A stretch of 64,000 bases of DNA from a virus (taxonomy: Duplodnaviria; Heunggongvirae; Uroviricota; Caudoviricetes). The stretch's first letter is position 1; each line of letters opens with the position of its first letter. The position numbers and the translations under genes were made by a program. The stretch lies in IMG/VR virus record IMGVR_UViG_3300037087_000772, positions 1-64,000 of that record; one strand, 5' to 3'. A model generated the notes under the pieces. The model was not told where the DNA came from. It was given only the letters and a program-made list of their open reading frames with translations, and made no database searches. Of this stretch, positions 28,006 through 36,619 are shown in pieces.

Positions 28006-28890
28006 ATGGAATGGGATGCAATAAAATGGGCACAAACCTATAAAACTTCAAATCTTAACAGAAGAAAAGAACTTTTGATTGATGTTTGGGAAAACACGAT
28101 TAAAATCGTTAAGAATGGAAAATACTTCTCGGATGGAGAAGTTATCATTGACAACTCGAAAGTGTGCCAGAACTCTTTATTTACTGAAAATGGCCCAATT
28201 TATGACCCAACGGGGATAAATGACTTTAAAACTGAAATATTGGTCATGGATGCTGATTGTTTGGATGTAGCAAGAACGATGGAAAATCCGATAGTTTTAA
28301 ATATGGCCAGTTATAAGAATCCCGGTGGTGGTGTAATAAATGGTTCATCGGCACAGGAAGAAAATTTATTCAGAAGAACCAATTTATTTAAATCTCTTTA
28401 TCAATATGTTGATTATGCTCATCAGTATGGAATAGAACAAAATTCTAAATACAAATATCCATTGGGTGATTATGGTGCAATCTATTCAAAAGATATAACC
28501 GTTTTTCGTGGTTCTGAAAAAAATGGATATTATTTACTCTCCCATCCATTCAAATGTGCTTTTATATCTGTACCTGCAATAAAAAGACCAGAATTGAAGA
28601 ATAGAAGAATGAATGAAAATGACTTCTCCAAAACCAAACAAAAAATAAGAAGGATTTTTCAATTCGCTCATGAGAATGGACATAGAGATTTAGTTCTTTC
28701 CGCTTTTGGTTGTGGTGCTTATGGAAATCCACCCGAACAGATAGCTTCAATCTTTAAAGAATTATTAGATACTGAATATAAAGGGGTTTTTCATAAGATA
28801 GTATTCGCTATCTATGATGATCATAACTCATATAAAGAACACAATCCAGATGGAAATTTAAAACCATTCAAGAAAATATTTAATATATAA
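28006..28890 (+). CDS. bacterial-type poly(ADP-ribose) glycohydrolase-like macrodomain protein (DUF2263/PARG)
   Basis: 294 aa; LNMASYKNPGGGVINGSSAQEENLFRR carries the PARG signature GGG-X7-QEE; C-terminal LVLSAFGCGAYGNPPE. Confidence 0.7.
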   Translation: MEWDAIKWAQTYKTSNLNRRKELLIDVWENTIKIVKNGKYFSDGEVIIDNSKVCQNSLFTENGPIYDPTGINDFKTEILVMDADCLDVARTMENPIVLNMASYKNPGGGVINGSSAQEENLFRRTNLFKSLYQYVDYAHQYGIEQNSKYKYPLGDYGAIYSKDITVFRGSEKNGYYLLSHPFKCAFISVPAIKRPELKNRRMNENDFSKTKQKIRRIFQFAHENGHRDLVLSAFGCGAYGNPPEQIASIFKELLDTEYKGVFHKIVFAIYDDHNSYKEHNPDGNLKPFKKIFNI

Positions 28891-28897
28891 TCACATT

Positions 28898-29482
28898 ATG
28901 ACAAATTTATACATTGATGAATTGGATTTCGAAGATGATGAAAATATCAAAATTATTGATTTTCCAATAACAAGACAAGCCTATTCATATACTTGTGGTT
29001 GTGATATAGTAGAAAGAACAATGGAATTTTATGGTGAAAATTTTCGTGAATCTGATTTAGTTGAAATTTTGAAAACTAACGAAGAAGAAGGAACACTTGT
29101 AAAAAACATAGTGAAATTTTTTCATTATCATGATCTAAAGACTGAATTACAACAAGATATGACAATTGATGATCTGATTAAATATGTGGATAAGAACATT
29201 CCAGTAATTGTTTTGATACAAGCTTGGGGAACTGATTTTAAATTCAAAAGAAAATATAAAGAAACTTGGGGAGATGGACATTTTGTGGCTGTAATTGGAT
29301 ACACAGATAAACTTTTATTAATTAGTGATCCGTCTTTATTTAATGTCGGATATATACCAAAATCTGAATTTATGAACAGATGGCATGACATTGATGATGG
29401 ACTTGAAACATATCAACTCGGATTGGCTGTTTTTGGAAGAAAAGCAATATTTGATAAAGATAAGTTAGAAAGAGTCAGATGA
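28898..29482 (+). CDS. papain-like cysteine peptidase, C39-like domain
   Basis: 194 aa; ITRQAYSYTCGCDIVERTM supplies the Gln and Cys nucleophile; WGDGHFVAVIGYTDKLLLISDP supplies the His, as in Peptidase_C39_2. Confidence 0.45.
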   Translation: MTNLYIDELDFEDDENIKIIDFPITRQAYSYTCGCDIVERTMEFYGENFRESDLVEILKTNEEEGTLVKNIVKFFHYHDLKTELQQDMTIDDLIKYVDKNIPVIVLIQAWGTDFKFKRKYKETWGDGHFVAVIGYTDKLLLISDPSLFNVGYIPKSEFMNRWHDIDDGLETYQLGLAVFGRKAIFDKDKLERVR

Positions 29483-29676
29483 TTTCAAAAGAATTTTGGA
29501 CAGAGATCGAAAAAGAACTTAACGATGCTTATCACAATCCTCAGTTAATAGAAAAAAATGACATTAATACTTTTACTGATTCAATAGTATCAAGAATTAT
29601 CAATGAAGATAGGTCAGATAAACTTCAAATCATTTTAGATGAAAAGGATGATAAAAAAACCCAATTTGATAAATAG
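29479..29676 (+). CDS. small-paralogue family member (C-terminal SDKLQIILDE)
   Basis: 65-aa ORF overlapping its neighbours. Confidence 0.35.
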   Translation: MISKEFWTEIEKELNDAYHNPQLIEKNDINTFTDSIVSRIINEDRSDKLQIILDEKDDKKTQFDK

Positions 29677-29914
29677 TATACATAGACTAAGACGAATAAA
29701 TAAAGAATATTATAAGAATATGTATAATCTAAATTGGGACTTATGGGATGATTGTATAAAAGGAAAAAATCGTCCTGATCTTTTAAGTTCAAATTTAATA
29801 AAAAATAATTTTACAATATTTGATTGGGATTTAGATGATTATTTTGTTATGTCAGAAGCAATAACAAAAAACAAAGACAGATCAAATACACTTAAAACTA
29901 TTTTAGATGAATGA
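29639..29914 (+). CDS. small-paralogue family member (C-terminal RSNTLKTILDE)
   Basis: 91-aa ORF. Confidence 0.35.
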   Translation: MKRMIKKPNLINSIHRLRRINKEYYKNMYNLNWDLWDDCIKGKNRPDLLSSNLIKNNFTIFDWDLDDYFVMSEAITKNKDRSNTLKTILDE

Positions 29915-30242
29915 AAATGAATTTAATTGGGATAATTTCTGGAAAGAATATCATGATTTTGAATTGGATAAAAGAAAATCCGAATCTATTGAGACAGGTT
30001 TAAGTTTTTTAGATAATTTATTTAAGAAAGGAATATCCAAGAATAAAATAACTATTATAACTGGAAAATCCGAATATAATTATAATTATTTATCAGAATT
30101 CGTGGATTTATATAATTCAAGACAAAATAATACATTTAAAGTGTTTTTTGGAAATGACACAGATATATTAGAAGCCAGATTAATAAATTACATAAGATCT
30201 GAAAAACTCAATGATATTTTGAATGATGGATTTCCTGGATAA
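29907..30242 (+). CDS. small-paralogue family member (FLDNLF…YIRSEKLNDILND)
   Basis: 111-aa ORF. Confidence 0.4.
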   Translation: MNENEFNWDNFWKEYHDFELDKRKSESIETGLSFLDNLFKKGISKNKITIITGKSEYNYNYLSEFVDLYNSRQNNTFKVFFGNDTDILEARLINYIRSEKLNDILNDGFPG

Positions 30243-30594
30243 ATTTTTGATCGGAAAATCTGAATCTATGATTCAGGATGTTAATAATATTAGAAATGAT
30301 ATTATTGAGATTGATGATGAAACCTTAGAATTTTTAAATGAAGAGAATCAAAGATATTCTCGTGAAATGGATTTTGACTATATCCCACCACCTTATAAAC
30401 CACTATTCGGAGAAACGATTTTAGGAATTAGACTATGGCACGAACATTCTTGTGAATTATTTACAACTGAGTTTAATCTGGAAAATATTAATGTTAGTGG
30501 ATTAGCAACTCGTGTTTTTCGTGGAATTGATTTAGTTGCAAAACTACAAAATCATATTAGATACAAAAAATTAGAAAAAATATTAAATGATTGA
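30223..30594 (+). CDS. small-paralogue family member (FLDKFLIGKS…IRYKKLEKILND)
   Basis: 123 aa; clear paralogue of 30587..30985. Confidence 0.45.
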   Translation: MMDFLDKFLIGKSESMIQDVNNIRNDIIEIDDETLEFLNEENQRYSREMDFDYIPPPYKPLFGETILGIRLWHEHSCELFTTEFNLENINVSGLATRVFRGIDLVAKLQNHIRYKKLEKILND

Positions 30595-30985
30595 TATGAA
30601 TTTTTTAGATAAATTTTTGATTGGGAAATCGGTTGAACCAGATATTAAAAATCATATTTGGTGTAATTTATTTGAAACCAATGAAAAAGATATTGATGGA
30701 ATTTTGGAATTTTTATCTCAAGAAAATAAAAAATATTGTGAAGAAATGAATTGGGATTCATGGAAATTTAATTATAGAAAACCAAAATTCGGGGAAACAA
30801 TAATCGGAATTGGAACAAAAAGTGCAGCTGGTACTGAAATGTATAATTCTTGTTATATAATTACAACTGACTTTATGAATAGACCAGATGGATTCGTATC
30901 TCATTGTTATTCGGGTCATGAAATATCAGAAAAAATACAAAATTTCATTAGATCTCAAAAATTAAAATCGTTGTTAAATGATTGA
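30587..30985 (+). CDS. small-paralogue family member (FLDKFLIGKS…IRSQKLKSLLND)
   Basis: 132 aa; the stop overlaps the MTase start (ATGATTGA). Confidence 0.45.
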   Translation: MIDMNFLDKFLIGKSVEPDIKNHIWCNLFETNEKDIDGILEFLSQENKKYCEEMNWDSWKFNYRKPKFGETIIGIGTKSAAGTEMYNSCYIITTDFMNRPDGFVSHCYSGHEISEKIQNFIRSQKLKSLLND

Positions 30986-31712
30986 TATAAATAAAATATA
31001 TTTCGATAATTGTTTACATCTAATGCCTGATATTGATACTCATATTGTTGATATGATTCTTGCTGATTTACCATACGGAGTCACAAGAAACAAGAAAGAT
31101 ATTATGATCCCATTTGAATTACTCTGGAAGAACTACAATCGAATTATAAAACCGAATGGATGTATTGCTTTATTCGCTCAGGGAATGTTCGCTCACAAAC
31201 TTGCTTTATCTAATGAGAAAATGTATCGTTATGATTTGATATGGAAAAAAGGAGAAAGGGTCACTGGATTTTTAAATGCAAAAAAACAAATACTTAGAAA
31301 CCATGAGCAAATTTTGATTTTCTATAAAAAACAACCAACTTACCATCCACAATTTACAGAGGGGACACCTCAGCATTCAAAAGGTAACGCTTTTTCTTTC
31401 AAAGAAGGAAAAAATCAAAATTATGGTTATTTTGATTCGAAAATTCCAGATATAAGAAAAGGAACTACACAAAAATATCCGAAAAGTGTTTTAAACTTCG
31501 AAAAACCTTGGCCACCTGTACATAGAACCCAAAAACCAGTAAAATTGTGTGAATGGTTAATATTGACCTTTACGAATCCCGGAGAATTAGTACTGGATAA
31601 CACTTGTGGTATTGGAACAACCTGTATAGCAGCTAAGAATACAGGAAGAAATTTCATAGGAATTGAAAATGATGAAGAATTTTATAATATGGATTATTAT
31701 CATTTGTTATGA
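30978..31712 (+). CDS. DNA methyltransferase, N6-adenine/N4-cytosine family (beta class: motif IV before motif I)
   Basis: 244 aa; ILADLPYG is a motif IV variant of DPPY; C-terminal LVLDNTCGIGTTCIAAKNTGRNFIGIENDEEF is the motif I FxGxG region typical of the N6_N4_Mtase family. Confidence 0.7.
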   Translation: MIDINKIYFDNCLHLMPDIDTHIVDMILADLPYGVTRNKKDIMIPFELLWKNYNRIIKPNGCIALFAQGMFAHKLALSNEKMYRYDLIWKKGERVTGFLNAKKQILRNHEQILIFYKKQPTYHPQFTEGTPQHSKGNAFSFKEGKNQNYGYFDSKIPDIRKGTTQKYPKSVLNFEKPWPPVHRTQKPVKLCEWLILTFTNPGELVLDNTCGIGTTCIAAKNTGRNFIGIENDEEFYNMDYYHLL

Positions 31713-32216
31713 ATAAATATTAGAATCATCTATATCCCAACTTCCATCATTTTTAATATTCTTAATATAATTCGGGTAAAACATAATAAAATCTTTTCTA
31801 ATTACATCAATATCAGTATTGGACTTTTCAATAATTATACCATCATAATTTAACAATATCTTATTCTTTATATTAATTATCTCACTCTTCCATTCCTTAA
31901 CATCATTCATATAATCAAACCAAGTTTCATAAATCTTTGGATTTTCTATTTTCAAATAAACTTTTAAAATTTTCGGATTTAATTTATTGTGTGTAAAAAC
32001 TTTAGCAACCTTTAATGATTCAGTAAACCAACACCCTTTACTACAATCAAATATTTTATCAATAGTTGATTTATAATATTCACCTGTTCCGTGATAAGCA
32101 ATTAATGGATGATTATTTTCATCTACGACTTTACTTTCATCAAACCATTTATAAAAATTAGGATTTAAATTTTTATATTCTTCAAACATTTTTAGATATT
32201 TCATAGAATTTACCAT
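31707..32216 (-). CDS. hypothetical protein
   Basis: 169-aa ORF. Confidence 0.4.
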   Translation of the reverse strand: MVNSMKYLKMFEEYKNLNPNFYKWFDESKVVDENNHPLIAYHGTGEYYKSTIDKIFDCSKGCWFTESLKVAKVFTHNKLNPKILKVYLKIENPKIYETWFDYMNDVKEWKSEIINIKNKILLNYDGIIIEKSNTDIDVIRKDFIMFYPNYIKNIKNDGSWDIDDSNIYS

Positions 32217-33530
32217 CTTTTAGTATTAGATATCTTAAAATCTTTTATTCTATTTAAATTTTCTTCGGTTGGCATAGGATCTACATTGAATTTCTTCTTA
32301 AATTCACGCCTCGATATTCCCCAACTTTCATATCCTTTCGAATCTAAATTATTAAATACGATTCCACCACTTGTATTACTTCTCCAAACATACTGAGATT
32401 CTATTCTTATTCCATCTAATTCATAGTTGGCCTTTTTATCATCATGATCGAAGAATTGAACCGATAATGGACTATTTGCTCCGATCCAATAATCGCCATC
32501 CACAATTTCTATATCATCTATGGTAAATTTGTAATTTACTGGAATTTCTATGATATATTCTTTTTCTTTTTTACCAGAAACATAATCTACTTCTCCAAAA
32601 AATTCTTCTGTCTTTGGTGAAGTGACTATTTTTACCTTAGTCGGATCAACTCTCAAAATAATACCCTCTTTATTTGCGAAATAAGCAGCTATATCCCTTG
32701 ATTCGGTAAAAGATAAGAATTTTCCATCCGATATTTTTGACATTCCTTTCTCAACGATAAATTGAATCAAATTATCAATGAAAGTTTTGACCCAAGTAGT
32801 ATGTTTATCATCAATCCCTTTAGCTTGTTCTTGTGATACTTTTCTTAATTGTTCAATTTCTTTACCTTTTAATCCTTGGAATACCCTTATTCCCCTATAT
32901 AAATTCTTTGGAAGTTTCGGTTTATCTTTTTTTATTTTATAATGGTGATAGAAGGAATATAACCAAACATATTGAACTATGTTATTAACTTTCTTAATTG
33001 ATAAATTATTTGTTATCGTATAGGCTGGAATACCATCAAAATCAACCCATCTTTTCACGACATCCTTGTGGAGATCAAAATCATATTTAGTACTTTTAGG
33101 GTTTGTATTTTTAATTTTTTCAAGATCCGTAAATCTATTTAAAAATCTAAGTCCATTTGTAGAATTCACATCACCAAACACATTTCTACTTTCTAATCCA
33201 CCAGAGGCAACAATTAACATAGCTGTTTGTTGTCTGAGATCTTTAAAAATGCTAGCTCCCTCCTTTGGAATTTTTTGTCCTATCTGAGCGACAGTATGTA
33301 ATAAAGATTTACTAACTGAATCCTTCCAATTAAGAATCATATTCTCTCTGATTTGAGTATATTTATTAAAGTCCATTCCCATCAAATTAACGAGTTCTTC
33401 TTCAGTATTAAAACCAGTTTTTATGGAATTTTTTAACTTTTCCTTAAATTCTGACCAATCAGTAAATTTTATCGAATCATTGAATTGACCATATCTTTCA
33501 TTCAAAAATTCTGAGAATGAATACAACATA
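32210..33530 (-). CDS. hypothetical protein; candidate R-S-E class mono-ADP-ribosyltransferase (Alt-like?)
   Basis: The ORF track extends to 33919, but a TTAATATATA promoter motif at 33547..33556 lies 16 nt upstream of the internal ATG at 33530 (MLYSFSEF…). Ordered motifs NLYRGIRV (Arg), FLSFTESRDIA (S-T-S-like) and KKEKEYIIEIP (ExE followed by hydrophobics) have the spacing seen in ADP-ribosyltransferases. Confidence 0.4.
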
Positions 33531-33546
33531 AGAAAGATTTTTTCTT

Positions 33547-33556
33547 TATATATTAA
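33547..33556 (-). promoter_or_regulatory. TTAATATATA promoter-like motif, 16 nt upstream of the internal start of 32210..33530
   Basis: Same motif as the other occurrences; it supports the shorter gene model. Confidence 0.4.
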
Positions 33557-33584
33557 AAATTTTTGTAACCTTTTTGAATATCTG

Positions 33585-33860
33585 ATGTCAAATGGACAAA
33601 ACAAAAAAGAGATTATGAAAAAAATTATAGTATTTTTGATGTTAATGTTTATTGGAAGTATAACATTAGCTGATGGAGACAAATCAACAAAATCAGAAGT
33701 AATTATTACCACTACTATAACAAAAGAAATCAACATTGATATATTGAAGCCAATAGTACCATTGGAAGCCACCTTTGATGAGGATTCTCTTGATTCGATT
33801 AATATATATTCTTTAAGACCAACAACCCCAAAAGAAGCAACCTTTGATGATGAAAAATAA
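33585..33860 (+). CDS. small putative secreted protein with signal peptide and a PxEATFDxD duplication
   Basis: 91 aa; MKKIIVFLMLMFIGSITLA then …PLEATFDEDS…PKEATFDDE. Confidence 0.3.
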   Translation: MSNGQNKKEIMKKIIVFLMLMFIGSITLADGDKSTKSEVIITTTITKEINIDILKPIVPLEATFDEDSLDSINIYSLRPTTPKEATFDDEK

Positions 33861-34122
33861 AGATCTAAATGATGATTTTTTAAAAAACCTTTTTCAAAAA
33901 ACACCAGAATGTTGTCCATCTGATGATTTTGTAGAAAAGGTTATGAATGCTTGTTGTACCGTTGAAGTAAAACAAACATTCAATATTTTTGTGTGGTTAA
34001 GAGAAAAACAATCTAAGCTGGTGATAAGTATGACTACTGGTATAATACATTCTTTCGATAATATGTTGAAAGACTATAAACTGGTCACTCAAATTCCCCA
34101 ACCAATTCAGCAATCAATTTAG
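33844..34122 (+). CDS. small hypothetical protein
   Basis: 92-aa ORF opposite in orientation to its neighbours. Confidence 0.25.
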   Translation: MMMKNKDLNDDFLKNLFQKTPECCPSDDFVEKVMNACCTVEVKQTFNIFVWLREKQSKLVISMTTGIIHSFDNMLKDYKLVTQIPQPIQQSI

Positions 34123-35560
34123 ATTCCTCACTTTTTAATTCATCCAGAACAGCCCCATCTTTTAACATGAATTTTTTATATTTCTGTCTATCGTCATAGA
34201 TAAGGCTCATAACCTGATTTACTACTCCAATTTCATTACGGAATACAGCCCCATTTAATAGAACAATGTCGGTTGGTTCAATTTCAATTTTCTTATTATT
34301 GAATATGGCATATTTCTTATCACTCGAAATGATACCTTTATAACTATCGACAGAGATATTGAACATTATCATACAGGTTGGATACAAACTCTTAAAGTCA
34401 TAACAGGGTGTCCAATGGCTCATACCTTTAACTGGTTCTTTAACATAACCACCCAAAACACCTTCAACATCCACTACATTTTCAGAACGGTCTAATCTAC
34501 AAAGAACAACATTCTTCTCTTTTTTCAGTTTTCTTCTTAAAATTCCCTCTGTTACAGGTAAGGTACTGTATGAATCCCCAATTTTTACTCTCGAAAGAGT
34601 TGAAATACCATATAAAATATTGATCAATTTTGTCTTTTCATGAATCTTTTGAACAAGTACGGAGTCAACCGCGTTATAATAAACGAATTTCTTATAATCT
34701 GTATTATATAAGGTTTTAAGACTTCCTTCATAATTAACTTTCTTAACTCCAAGAACATTATCAGATACGAAGTCCAGACTAATTGATTCCTTAACTCTAA
34801 TGGATGTATCCCATTTTTTGAATAGTTCCATATAGTCAACAACCATTCGATGAGCTGGTAATTCACAATATGTCTTTTTTTCCATATCCCAAGGTTCTCT
34901 CAGTAATTTTGTTACTGAAGCTACACTCGGATCTATTCCAAGTTTACGAGCTCTATTAACAAGAAAAACCCAGTCATATTCGGTAAAATTCCAACCAGTT
35001 AAAACTGGCATTCTCGGAACAAATTTCACAAAGAAATTCAATAACATTTCATATTCACTTTTGAAATGAATATATTTGAACTGATAAATAGTTCCGAATT
35101 TGGCGAAATAATTATTTATATCTTCTTCAATGGATTTGGAAATAACTTCAGATAATTCCTGAGTCCCCATTACCAGAACTTTATCTTTATTGACAATGGA
35201 AATGGATTGTATGGCACTTTCAGCTAAATGAGGAGCTGGTTTTTTGTCTATAATTTCATTTTCAATATCGATGAAAAATATATCAGGTTCATTATATTGA
35301 AAAATAATATCCTGTTCTTCCTGAGGTAATTCATCTATGTAATCATAGACGGAATAACGATTTGGATTTTTGGTGGGAACTGATTTAACTGATCGCCCAT
35401 CCCATGTAACATACTTTCCATCTCTTTGATGGTCATCGTCATCACAGGTAATATATTTGGTGGCATTGGGCCACTTATAATATCTTAATTTTACTTGTTT
35501 ACTACTATCTACATGAGATACAATAAGTGTATTATTTCTGTATTCGTAATCTACTAACAA
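34085..35560 (-). CDS. family-B DNA polymerase, N-terminal fragment (3'-5' exonuclease domain plus palm motif A); split gene (gp43A-like)
   Basis: 491 aa. Exo I FFIDIENEI (DxE); Exo II YYNAVDSVL; motif A LGGYVKEPVKGMSHWTPCYDFKSLYPTCMI (DxxSLYP). No motif B (KxxxNSxYG) or motif C (YGDTDS) before the stop at 34085, and downstream frames are not polymerase-like. Confidence 0.7.
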   Translation of the reverse strand: MLVDYEYRNNTLIVSHVDSSKQVKLRYYKWPNATKYITCDDDDHQRDGKYVTWDGRSVKSVPTKNPNRYSVYDYIDELPQEEQDIIFQYNEPDIFFIDIENEIIDKKPAPHLAESAIQSISIVNKDKVLVMGTQELSEVISKSIEEDINNYFAKFGTIYQFKYIHFKSEYEMLLNFFVKFVPRMPVLTGWNFTEYDWVFLVNRARKLGIDPSVASVTKLLREPWDMEKKTYCELPAHRMVVDYMELFKKWDTSIRVKESISLDFVSDNVLGVKKVNYEGSLKTLYNTDYKKFVYYNAVDSVLVQKIHEKTKLINILYGISTLSRVKIGDSYSTLPVTEGILRRKLKKEKNVVLCRLDRSENVVDVEGVLGGYVKEPVKGMSHWTPCYDFKSLYPTCMIMFNISVDSYKGIISSDKKYAIFNNKKIEIEPTDIVLLNGAVFRNEIGVVNQVMSLIYDDRQKYKKFMLKDGAVLDELKSEESKLIAELVGEFE

Positions 35561-35599
35561 TCATTCGGTTATTATTTTTTGGAATTTATTAATTAAAAC

Positions 35600-36007
35600 T
35601 TAGACTTTTATATCCAAATCTTTAACCTTTTGTTTTAATAATTTTGGAAAAAGTTTCATTTGTACCCAGAAATCATTTTCAAGATCATCATATTCTTTCA
35701 AGTCATATTCGGCTTCTAATATCATATTATTAATCTTTTCATCCTTGGGTAAATCATTCAACTTTTTTAATATTATTTTAATATTATTCTTTTGTGTTTG
35801 AATTGTTGAATATGTATTAAAAAAAGATGGAAAATCATTATTGATTTTTTTGGAATTTATAAGGTCATTCAATACTCCACATTTCTCATATTCTTCAGTT
35901 TCTATGAATATTTTATATGAATAAATCAGATCTTGCTCGTTTAACAAAAACTTATTTTCTTTTATAAGCAATATAATATAATTCGCTATATCTAATTCTT
36001 TATCCAT
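35600..36007 (-). CDS. hypothetical protein, paralogue of 36155..36619
   Basis: 135 aa; …KENKFLLNEQDLIYSYKIFIETEEYEKCGVLNDLI aligns with …TVSEKDLIFAYNYFLELEEYEKCSILNEFI of the neighbouring ORF. Confidence 0.4.
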   Translation of the reverse strand: MDKELDIANYIILLIKENKFLLNEQDLIYSYKIFIETEEYEKCGVLNDLINSKKINNDFPSFFNTYSTIQTQKNNIKIILKKLNDLPKDEKINNMILEAEYDLKEYDDLENDFWVQMKLFPKLLKQKVKDLDIKV

Positions 36008-36154
36008 TTTTATGAAGTATTACTGGTTCAAGTTCAATAAGTCTTTCTCTCAATTCGAGATTCAACTTATAATATTCTCTTAATCGTTCTTCGAGTTCTT
36101 CCCTTGTCATTTCAGGTAAAAGAAGTTCGAATGTATCCATTTCTTCTTTCTGGT

Positions 36155-36619
36155 TCATTTTTCAGATTTTTCTATTTCGTCAATTTCTTTTTGTTTCAAT
36201 ATGATAAGATTATCTATTTCTTTCAATTCATTTTTTATTTTTATCATCTCTTTTATATCTTCTTGAATAGAATGAATATTATCCCAAAAATCTTTTTCGT
36301 ACTTTTGAAGATCATTCAATATTTTTTCAATTTTCAATATAAGATTCTTTTTATCTTCGAAATCCTCTGAATTTTTTAATTCATTAAGATCTTTTAATTG
36401 TCTATTACATATATTTCTCTGTTCATTGATCCATGTATATTCATCAATATATGATTCCTCCTCACTATCGAATTCTTTAATCTTTATGAATTCATTCAAA
36501 ATAGAGCATTTTTCATATTCCTCTAATTCGAGGAAATAATTATATGCAAAAATTAAATCCTTTTCACTTACAGTTGTAACCTTTGATAATGAAAAAATGA
36601 AATTTATTAATTCGTTCAT
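36155..36619 (-). CDS. hypothetical coiled-coil protein, paralogue of 35600..36007
   Basis: 154-aa ORF. Confidence 0.4.
   Translation of the reverse strand: MNELINFIFSLSKVTTVSEKDLIFAYNYFLELEEYEKCSILNEFIKIKEFDSEEESYIDEYTWINEQRNICNRQLKDLNELKNSEDFEDKKNLILKIEKILNDLQKYEKDFWDNIHSIQEDIKEMIKIKNELKEIDNLIILKQKEIDEIEKSEK

Noticed and set aside
28879-28889. TTAATATATAA immediately before the ATG of 28898..29482.
   Set aside because: Only 8 nt from the start codon and overlapping the upstream stop codon. The spacing is unlike the other occurrences, so it is probably coincidental.
33531-33919. N-terminal 130-aa extension of the 569-aa minus-strand ORF (MDNILVFFEKGFLKNHH…).
   Set aside because: The composition is Ser/Ile-rich junk and it overlaps a plus-strand signal-peptide ORF. 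A TTAATATATA promoter box sits 16 nt upstream of the internal ATG at 33530, so the shorter gene model is preferred.
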